A DNA stretch of 14,472 nt from an uncultured Deinococcales bacterium (GTDB lineage Bacteria > Deinococcota > Deinococci > Deinococcales > JAAFIG01), in NCBI GenBank assembly GCA_964247135.1, contig CAXTTL010000123.1:1-14472 (forward strand), in the 5' to 3' direction. Of the stretch, positions 7,960-14,472 are shown piece by piece (position 1 is the first letter of the stretch; the number at the start of each line of letters is the position of its first letter). Both the position numbers and the translations under genes were made by a program. The notes beneath the pieces were generated by a model, which searched no databases, was not told the origin of the DNA, and worked only from the letters and a program-made list of their open reading frames with translations.

Positions 7960-9381
7960 TCAATGCGAATGAATTGAACTGTTTATCAGCATCACATTCG
8001 GTTTCCACTCGAGCAAACCCGTCGCCTGGGCGTAAAGGTCGTACTCGTCGGCGTCCTCGACCATCACTTTGATGATGTCGCCAATTTTGATCTGACCCGC
8101 AAACTCGCCAGCCGCAATGTAGACGCTGCCGTCGATCCCTGGCGCATCACCTTTGCTGCGTCCAATCAATTTTGAGCCAGCAATGGTATCGTCCTCGTCG
8201 TCGTTGTATTCGTCAATAATCACTTCAATCTCGAGTCCAATTTTGGCTTGGTTTTTTTGAAGACTGATCTCTTGTTGCAACGCCATCAAACGCTCGAGCC
8301 GTTCCTGTTTGATCTCTTCTGGCACGTGATCTTTGAGCATATTGGAATCTGCGCCCTCAACCTCGCTGTAGGTGAACGCGCCAACGCGGTCGAGTCGGGC
8401 TTCGGTCAAAAAGTCGAGCAATATTTGGAAATCGGCTTCGGTTTCGCCCGGGAAACCGACAATGAACGTGCTGCGCAAAACGATTTCTGGGCAAATTTCG
8501 CGCCAGCGTTTAATCGTCTCGAGCTGCTTGCCCGCGCCAGGGCGCCGCATGGCACGCAAGATGCTGGGGCTGGCATGTTGCAACGGCACGTCCAAATACG
8601 GCAAGATTTTGCCCGCCGCCATCAGCTTCACGACGTTCTCGACGTGCGGATATGGGTAAACGTAATGCAGTCGCACCCAGGCGCCCATCTCGCCAAGTTT
8701 GGCGGTCAAATCCAGCAGATGCGCCGCGACTTGCTGCCCTTGAAATTCCGATTCGCGGTGACGAATGTCCACGCCATACGCGCTAGAGTCTTGCGCGATG
8801 ACCAGCAATTCTTTGGTGCCGCTGGCGACCAAACGGTAGGCTTCGTACAACAAGTCCCCAGCATCTCGAGATTCTTGCAAACCGCGCAGTTTGGGAATAA
8901 TGCAAAAGCTGCACGTGTGGTTGCAACCCTCGGCAATCTTCAGGTACGAAAAATGCTTGGGCGTTAACTTCACGCCCGTGCTCGAGAATGGGATCAAACT
9001 GGTGAACGGATTCTCGTCCGGTGGTATCAACCCGTGCAGTGCCGTCATAACGCCGCCGACATCGCCAGGTCCGGTTACGCTCGAGACGCTCGGGTGGCGC
9101 TGCATGATGGTCTCAGGGCGCTCGCCGAGGCAACCCGTGACAATCACCTTGCCGGTGTGCTCCAGCGCCTCACCGATGCTCGAGAGGCTCTCCTCGATGG
9201 CGGGTGTGATAAAACCGCAGGTGTTGACGATCACGACCTCGGCATCCTCGTAACTGGGCGCGATCTCGTAACCCTCGGCACGAATTTGCGTCAATATGCG
9301 TTCGGAATCGACCAGGGCTTTGGGGCAACCCAAAGAGACAAAACCAACTTTTCGGGTTTGGACAATATTTACAGCACTCAC
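7960..9381 (-). CDS. rimO: Ribosomal protein S12 methylthiotransferase RimO
   Basis: UPF0004 domain [20 protein letters not shown]...NTCGFI...TGCLG; radical [30 protein letters not shown]-terminal TRAM (DAPGIDG...YDL). GTG at 9381 has GGAGG 5 nt upstream. Confidence 0.96.
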   Translation of the reverse strand: MSAVNIVQTRKVGFVSLGCPKALVDSERILTQIRAEGYEIAPSYEDAEVVIVNTCGFITPAIEESLSSIGEALEHTGKVIVTGCLGERPETIMQRHPSVSSVTGPGDVGGVMTALHGLIPPDENPFTSLIPFSSTGVKLTPKHFSYLKIAEGCNHTCSFCIIPKLRGLQESRDAGDLLYEAYRLVASGTKELLVIAQDSSAYGVDIRHRESEFQGQQVAAHLLDLTAKLGEMGAWVRLHYVYPYPHVENVVKLMAAGKILPYLDVPLQHASPSILRAMRRPGAGKQLETIKRWREICPEIVLRSTFIVGFPGETEADFQILLDFLTEARLDRVGAFTYSEVEGADSNMLKDHVPEEIKQERLERLMALQQEISLQKNQAKIGLEIEVIIDEYNDDEDDTIAGSKLIGRSKGDAPGIDGSVYIAAGEFAGQIKIGDIIKVMVEDADEYDLYAQATGLLEWKPNVMLINSSIHSH

Positions 9382-9453
9382 AACAACCTCCAAAAGCCAG
9401 TCATCATACTCGAGTCACCAGGACTTGAATAGTGACGCCAGATTTCGGAATCT

Positions 9454-10557
9454 TTAGGGCAGCGTGATCGTGGCGGCTTCGGCAGAACCGATGGCGGCTT
9501 TGGTCACACCATTGATTGTCGAACTGATCTGATCGGGTTGCCCAGCCCGTACCGTAATCGGACCCGTATAGGCTTGGCTCGAGCCTTGCTTGGGAATACC
9601 TTCATAAAGCACTTTGCCCGCTTTGTCCTTGATGCGCACCCAGCTTGTGCCTTTAAAGGTTAAATTGATCGTGCCTGGTTTGGCTGCCGTGGCTGTTACG
9701 GGCGGGAGAAGTTTTTGCAGTGAAACCGACAACTTGTGATTGCTTAAAAACGACATGGTTTTGACGTAAGGCTGATAGCCTTTCAGTTCGACCCGCAACT
9801 CTCGAGCGGTACTCGAGGTGACTGGCGTGTTGGTGATCGGGGTTACACCCATGTTGTTACGATCCACCAAGACTGTTGCGCCTTTGGGGGTGCTTTGCAA
9901 TGAAAGCATGACGGTTTGGGTGCCAAGCGTTGTACCAGGATTTTGATTCACAATCACACCGTTCGAGTTTGCATTTGAAACCGCTCCGCGCGGCGTGCCG
10001 CGCAGTGCCGTCCACGCCACCCAAGCGATGGCGCCGAGCACCACCAAACCTGCCAGCACAATTGGAATCAAAGGAAGGCTATTGCTCGGTGCACGCGATG
10101 TACTCATGGTGATTGGACGGTTTGAACCCAGCGCCGAGGTGCCATTGCTGGCGGCAACACTTTTGTTGACCCCAGACGCGGCAAGCCCAGAAACCGGAAT
10201 TGGGCTGAGCTTAGAGGGCGTGTTGATGCGGGTGGCACGTTGCACACTGGGGGCTGGCGCGGGTGCCGCGCCCGAAACGCGGTCGTAGACCTGGACAAAC
10301 GGGGCGGCGTCCAAACCCACCAACTTGGCATAACTTTGAATGTAGCTGCGGGTAAAAATGCCCTCCGGCAATTGATGAAATTCGCCCGCCTCGAGCAAAG
10401 TCAATAAGCTGGTGCGGAGTTTGAGTTTATCGGCGATCATCTCGAGCGACAAGCCTTTGGCTTCCCTGGCTTCACGCAGGGTCGAACCAAAATTGGTTTG
10501 GTCAATTGTTAAACGCCCGGTAAGGCTGCTGGCGGTACTTTTGGTTTCTTCACTCAT
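9454..10557 (-). CDS. rodZ: RodZ-like protein (HTH + TM + PEGA-like + DUF4115-like)
   Basis: N-terminal FGSTLREAREAKGLSLE...LEAGEFHQLPEGIFTRSYIQSYAKLVGLD (RodZ HTH), low-complexity linker, single TM, C-terminal SWVRIKDKAGKVLYEG...VRAG (DUF4115). Adjacent to rimO, a common arrangement. ATG at 10557 has GGAG 6 nt upstream. Confidence 0.8.
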   Translation of the reverse strand: MSEETKSTASSLTGRLTIDQTNFGSTLREAREAKGLSLEMIADKLKLRTSLLTLLEAGEFHQLPEGIFTRSYIQSYAKLVGLDAAPFVQVYDRVSGAAPAPAPSVQRATRINTPSKLSPIPVSGLAASGVNKSVAASNGTSALGSNRPITMSTSRAPSNSLPLIPIVLAGLVVLGAIAWVAWTALRGTPRGAVSNANSNGVIVNQNPGTTLGTQTVMLSLQSTPKGATVLVDRNNMGVTPITNTPVTSSTARELRVELKGYQPYVKTMSFLSNHKLSVSLQKLLPPVTATAAKPGTINLTFKGTSWVRIKDKAGKVLYEGIPKQGSSQAYTGPITVRAGQPDQISSTINGVTKAAIGSAEAATITLP

Positions 10558-10759
10558 CGGGTGCTCCGGTAATTCTTGTGGTTGTTTGACGCGGCTCAAA
10601 AAACTCGAGTGCATTCCAGTGTACCGCGCCTTGGGTGAGGAACACCAAATTGATCCGAGAATTAGAAAATACAGCGCTTTTTTGCCGAACGCACATGAAA
10701 AAAGCCAAATTGGCATTAAGATGAGGCTCGAGTGATGAAGACCATGATCGGCTTGAGGG

Positions 10760-10808
10760 AAACTGAAGTCAGGTCATCTTAAAAAACTGAAGTCAGGTCA
10801 TCTTAAAA
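10760..10808. repeat. Perfect 24-bp tandem duplication in the divergent intergenic region
   Basis: AAACTGAAGTCAGGTCATCTTAAA at 10760-10783 and 10784-10807, directly upstream of the RBS-like AAGGGGTGAG of the 10820 gene. Confidence 0.93.
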
Positions 10809-10819
10809 GGGGTGAGTTT

Positions 10820-12241
10820 TTGAAACAAATTTTCAGAGCGTTTGCGACGTTGATCGTTGCGGGGGTTGGTCTTGCCAGCGCCCAAGATGTGCGTTCGCTC
10901 GGCATGGGCGGGGTGTTGTTGCCCGGACCTGGATTGGCGGCGTTTAACCCAGCCTACGCAACCTATCCCGCCAATCAATGGGGGCGCGGTGGGGGGTTTG
11001 CCCTGCCGGTGGGATTGATCAATTTTTTTATTCGCTCTCAGATGAATATTTTAAACTTTGCCACCAACCGCGCATCTTACGTCAACGACCCTCAAAACAA
11101 CCCGTTTGACCTGCTGCCAATTTTTGATCAAGCCACCAACCTCAACAGCTTTATCCTCAACCCGCCCGCCAGCCCAAAAGAACTGGTGATCGACATCAGC
11201 GCCCAAAACGGCGTGCGATTTTTTGATGGCGAGGGCAACCAACTGCAATTCTCGAGTGGCGCGGGCGTGGCGATAGCGGGCAGCTCGAGCAGCCGTCCGT
11301 TGGGCGTCAACCCACTCTTTCGCCTGCCGATTGACATTGGACCCGTGCAAGTTGGTATTGGTATTTTTGCGAATGTTAATTTCCCCAGTCTGGCACTCAA
11401 CCAAGAATTCCTGAACAAACTCGCCACAAACACGCTCGAGCCAGGTAAAACCTATACTTTTGCCACGGTTTCGCTTCAAGAATCCGCCGGAGTGGCACTC
11501 GATTTGGCGTTCGCCACCAATTTTTCGCTGCCAACCACGACCTTGTACGTCGGCGCTCGAGGCACAGGTTTTTACGGACTGGGTTATGTTTCAGGGGCGG
11601 TCAACGCAAAAGTGACCACCAAACCGGACGGCAGCCCAGACACCAGCACGCTCGGCAAATACGACGGCGAAGTCTTCATCTCGAGTCCGTTTTATCATCC
11701 TGGCGACAGCGGTTTTGGCGCCGATCTCGACCTTGGGGTCGCCGCCGATTTTAGCGGCGCCCAACTCGGATCACCCGAACTCGAGCGTCTGAGCGTTGGG
11801 GCGGGGGTGTTGGGCGGTTTGACCTTCAGTTCTTGGACTGGTCAGACGTTTAAGGTTTCCAACACCGATTCGACCCCATTTGCGGCGGGCAAAGGCGTTG
11901 CGACAACAGTTGACAGTGGTCTTACCACCGATCCGCTTTTTACCATCAACGGTGCCGGATTGTTTAACGTCGGCGTTCCAGGTTTGAAGGTTTTGGCGGC
12001 GGCGGATTTGCAATTTGGACGCAGCGCCTTCTCGATTCACCTCGGCGCCGAAGCGCAATTTGGCGTGCTGGTCGGACGGGCAGGCATCGGGTACAACAAT
12101 GGTTTGACCTTTGGTTTGGGCGGCGGTGTGGATTTCGGCAGAGGGCTTGGACTCGACTTTGCCCTGACCAGCCACACGGCAATCTTTACCAACGGTTACA
12201 CGGCGTTCGGCATTGCCCTCGCAGTCAAGTTGGGGTTTTAA
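10820..12241 (+). CDS. Exported protein, probable outer-membrane beta-barrel (FadL/TraF/PorV-like N-terminal motif)
   Basis: Signal peptide MKQIFRAFATLIVAGVGLASA-Q; DVRSLGMGG...AFNPA N-terminal motif; Gly/aromatic-rich alternating strands; C-terminal FGIALAVKLGF ending in Phe (beta-signal-like). TTG start. Confidence 0.7.
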   Translation: MKQIFRAFATLIVAGVGLASAQDVRSLGMGGVLLPGPGLAAFNPAYATYPANQWGRGGGFALPVGLINFFIRSQMNILNFATNRASYVNDPQNNPFDLLPIFDQATNLNSFILNPPASPKELVIDISAQNGVRFFDGEGNQLQFSSGAGVAIAGSSSSRPLGVNPLFRLPIDIGPVQVGIGIFANVNFPSLALNQEFLNKLATNTLEPGKTYTFATVSLQESAGVALDLAFATNFSLPTTTLYVGARGTGFYGLGYVSGAVNAKVTTKPDGSPDTSTLGKYDGEVFISSPFYHPGDSGFGADLDLGVAADFSGAQLGSPELERLSVGAGVLGGLTFSSWTGQTFKVSNTDSTPFAAGKGVATTVDSGLTTDPLFTINGAGLFNVGVPGLKVLAAADLQFGRSAFSIHLGAEAQFGVLVGRAGIGYNNGLTFGLGGGVDFGRGLGLDFALTSHTAIFTNGYTAFGIALAVKLGF

Positions 12242-12242
12242 G

Positions 12243-12857
12243 ATGAAAAATTATAGCTCTCGGGTTTTACTGGGTTTGGTCGCGCTCGCGCTCTCAGGTT
12301 GCGCCAATTACACCCTGATTACCCTCAAAGTCGATGTTGCCTCCTTGGTTGGCGAGGCAGCCTTGAAGACCACCCTGCAATTTAGCAGCCCAACAATTGT
12401 GGTGAACGAAACCGTGCCCAACAAACCCGAAGGTCAGTTGATTGACAATTTCCCGAAATTGGATGTGCTCAACAGCGCCAAACTCGATATTTTGGTGTTG
12501 ACCGGTGACGGTTCGGGCAATGGCGCCAAAATTTCGGGCAGCGTCCGTGTTTACGTCGCGCCAACCACTGAGACCAATATTTACCAGGACTCCAAGTATT
12601 TGATCAGCAACACCACCGCCGCCACCGCCACCTCGAGCATCCAAATCAATTTTGAACTCGCACCGGCAGGCGCAAACCCAACGCCAGAACAACAAATTCG
12701 GGCAGACGCTTTAAAAGCCATTCAATCGGGTAAATTTCGGGTCGGCGTCAAAATTCAGGGCAACTTCGAGAGCGCCCAAACCAAGCTCGAGATTGCTTTA
12801 AAAACCTTTAAAATTAACATCAGCGGTTATCCGATTAAACTTGTGCCAGCCCAGTAA
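12243..12857 (+). CDS. Lipoprotein of unknown function
   Basis: ATG 1 nt after the upstream TAA. MKNYSSRVLLGLVALALSG-C is a type II signal with lipobox LSGC; mature part is beta-rich. Confidence 0.8.
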   Translation: MKNYSSRVLLGLVALALSGCANYTLITLKVDVASLVGEAALKTTLQFSSPTIVVNETVPNKPEGQLIDNFPKLDVLNSAKLDILVLTGDGSGNGAKISGSVRVYVAPTTETNIYQDSKYLISNTTAATATSSIQINFELAPAGANPTPEQQIRADALKAIQSGKFRVGVKIQGNFESAQTKLEIALKTFKINISGYPIKLVPAQ

Positions 12858-12923
12858 TGTCTTGTTTTGGTTCATCAGTAATCCAGCCCAGAATTTAAAC
12901 TCGAGAAAACAGGAGAATCCTTC

Positions 12924-13235
12924 ATGATGAAAACGGCACTGTTTATTCGACATCAAGCGCAACCCAATAAACGGGATGAAGTTCAACGAATCTGGGAGAA
13001 GCATGTCAAACCTCGAGTTCAGGAAAATGCTGCTCACGAGGCGTATTTTTATTGTTTTGATGACAATGATGCGGATGGTATTTGTGTATTTCAGCTTTAT
13101 ACCGATCAACAATCGGCACAGCAGTTTACGACAGGCGATTGGTATGACCTATACTTGAACGAAGTGATGCATGTGGTCAAAGCACCCCCACAAATCTCGA
13201 CCACCACGCTCGTCTGGGGTAAAGGATTTTCATAA
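12924..13235 (+). CDS. ABM (antibiotic biosynthesis monooxygenase / putative quinol monooxygenase) family protein
   Basis: 103 aa with the dimeric alpha-beta barrel pattern IRHQAQPNKRDEV...YFYCFD...VFQLYTD...WY; AGGAG at 12911-12915. Confidence 0.75.
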   Translation: MMKTALFIRHQAQPNKRDEVQRIWEKHVKPRVQENAAHEAYFYCFDDNDADGICVFQLYTDQQSAQQFTTGDWYDLYLNEVMHVVKAPPQISTTTLVWGKGFS

Positions 13236-13442
13236 CGCATAAACGCAGCATGTCAGCAACACCAATGATCCCAATCAAAACAGTCATGTCAATTGATAAT
13301 TAAGTTTTGATAAAGTGTTTTCTAAGATTTATGAACAAACCTTGACGGTATTTCGTCATCTCGAGTCTTAATTTCTGTCAAACTACAAAGGGTTCAATCT
13401 GTGGGTTTATTCGACATCCCCAGTTTTCTCAGGAGTTTAACC

Positions 13443-13901
13443 ATGAAACTAAGCCTTACTCGAGCATTGACGATGGTTGCATTGACCATCACAGGACTGA
13501 TTTTCAGTGCTGGACTTGCCAAAAACACCTATCGTCTGGCAGCGATTGCGCAGTACAAACTCTCACCAGACACCGACGATGGCACTCGCTTGACGCAGTG
13601 TACCTACTGCCATGTCAACAGCAGCGGCAACAAACCCTGGAATCCGTTCGGCATTAACTTGCAAAGCACCTTCAGAAACGAAACCGACACCAGCCTATCG
13701 AATACGGTACGCATTAAAGATGCCCTTTACAAAGTCCTGGTGAAAAAACTCGATTCCGACAACGATGGTTATTACGACGCGCTCGAGGTATTTGCCAAAA
13801 CCTTACCTGGCAATGACGCCTCAAAACCCACCATTGAATTGGCAAAACTCGAGGCTCAATTTAAAGACGCTGGCGGTTTTGCGCAGTACAAAGCGCCGTA
13901 A
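13443..13901 (+). CDS. Secreted monoheme c-type cytochrome-like protein with DxDxDG Ca-binding-like motif
   Basis: AGGAG at 13431-13435 before ATG 13443; signal peptide ending SAGLA; CTYCH at 13599-13613; NPFG; DSDNDGY...E...T.PG at about 13752-13810. Confidence 0.75.
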   Translation: MKLSLTRALTMVALTITGLIFSAGLAKNTYRLAAIAQYKLSPDTDDGTRLTQCTYCHVNSSGNKPWNPFGINLQSTFRNETDTSLSNTVRIKDALYKVLVKKLDSDNDGYYDALEVFAKTLPGNDASKPTIELAKLEAQFKDAGGFAQYKAP

Positions 13902-13922
13902 AACGAAACTTGATTGCAACTC

Positions 13923-13957
13923 AAGGCTCGAGATTGATGCTCGAGCCTTATTTTTTT
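13923..13957 (+). terminator. Rho-independent terminator of the cytochrome c-like gene
   Basis: AAGGCTCGAG (13923-13932) / CTCGAGCCTT (13940-13949) stem, 7-nt loop, followed by ATTTTTTT. Confidence 0.85.
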
Positions 13958-13971
13958 GCTTAGGGCATCAA

Positions 13972-14008
13972 CAAAATCACCTCGAGCACCATGCTCGAGG
14001 TGATTTTG
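13972..14008 (-). terminator. Rho-independent (possibly bidirectional) terminator of the SodC/CHRD-like gene
   Basis: 17-bp perfect inverted repeat CAAAATCACCTCGAGCA / TGCTCGAGGTGATTTTG, 3-nt loop, 15 nt past the TAA; reads ...GTGATTTTGTT on the minus strand. Confidence 0.8.
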
Positions 14009-14023
14009 GGTTTCAGTCTAATG

Positions 14024-14449
14024 TTAGCGCACGTTGCCGCAGGCAATTCCGCCGCCCACGCCAGCGTCGGAGGCTTTCTGGTGAATGTTGATGTACGCGG
14101 CGGCAGGAATTTTGGCGGTTTCAACCATTTTCTCGATGCTGCCATTGCCGCTGGCGTCGGCGGTCACATCGGGCAAACCGATGACCACAGGACCTTGGTT
14201 GGCGCAAGAACCAACGTGAATGTGCATGGCGTGTTTGCTGTTTGCTTCCATGCCTGAAAGCTTGACGACCACTTTGGCGGTGCCGTCGGTCATCGTGACC
14301 ACGCTGGCAGTGCCAGTGACAGTGCTGGGTGCAGCGTTTGCCAGAGCACCCGTGCTCGAGATTTTAACGTCGTAGCTGGGTCCAGTGTTGGCTGGGGCAC
14401 ATGAGGCGAAGGCGAGCGCACCGAAAGCTGTTAATAGGGCGTATTTCAT
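14024..14449 (-). CDS. Cu/Zn superoxide dismutase-like / CHRD-like lipoprotein
   Basis: AGGAGG at 14455-14460; lipobox-like FASC; HAMHIHVGSC, GPVVIGL, YINIH and C-terminal IACGNV. Lacks the SodC Zn loop, so no sodC symbol is given. Confidence 0.75.
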   Translation of the reverse strand: MKYALLTAFGALAFASCAPANTGPSYDVKISSTGALANAAPSTVTGTASVVTMTDGTAKVVVKLSGMEANSKHAMHIHVGSCANQGPVVIGLPDVTADASGNGSIEKMVETAKIPAAAYINIHQKASDAGVGGGIACGNVR

Positions 14450-14472
14450 AATTTCCTCCTGAAACTTTTACT

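Larger units (their letters stand above)
227..14360. repeat. Highly iterated palindrome CTCGAG dispersed across the window (about 75 copies)
   Basis: Manual count about 75 (e.g. 227, 365, 405, 575, 664, 857, 1179, 1931, 1957, 1990, 5815, 5842, 7867, 7941, 9801, 9812, 13927, 13940, 13981, 13994, 14355), against about 4 expected for a hexamer at this composition. Confidence 0.92.

Noticed and set aside
8248-8967. 239-aa plus-strand ORF
   Set aside because: Antisense shadow of rimO with no recognisable motifs.
10558-10716. N-terminal extension of the RodZ-like ORF
   Set aside because: ATG 10557 has a GGAG SD, and a -10-like TACACT (10623-10618, minus strand) lies within the extension.
12858-13400. 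ABM gene region as a horizontally acquired islet (lower GC)
   Set aside because: No mobility genes or flanking repeats, and it carries the host CTCGAG signature (12900, 13012, 13360).
13765-14257. ORFs 13765-14091, 13960-14145 and 13991-14257
   Set aside because: They overlap terminators and better-supported genes and have no motifs.
227-14360. CTCGAG sites as XhoI cloning or ligation artefacts
   Set aside because: Sites lie within intact, conserved reading frames (e.g. rimO) in all frames with no breaks in homology.

Overview
Bacterial chromosomal window of roughly 50-55% GC. The RimO, RodZ-like and small secreted proteins look Deinococcota-like (inference from family resemblance, not a database hit). 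Left to right: 3' part of an FbpB/ThiP-type ABC permease (+); a minus-strand four-gene c-di-GMP signalling locus (REC-HD-GYP phosphodiesterase, REC-DUF3369/GAF-like-GGDEF cyclase, and two paralogous multi-TM histidine kinases, one with a degenerate ATP-binding domain); rimO and a rodZ-like gene (-); a probable outer-membrane beta-barrel plus lipoprotein pair (+); an ABM-family protein; a secreted CxxCH cytochrome c-like protein; and a convergent SodC/CHRD-like lipoprotein. The strongest non-gene signal is a window-wide over-representation of the palindrome CTCGAG: about 75 copies by manual count versus about 4 expected, in all reading frames, in most intergenic gaps and inside terminator stems, resembling cyanobacterial HIP1. 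Also notable: an identically spaced upstream motif shared by the two halves of the signalling locus, and two perfect 24-bp tandem repeats. No RNA genes, CRISPR arrays or mobile elements were seen.
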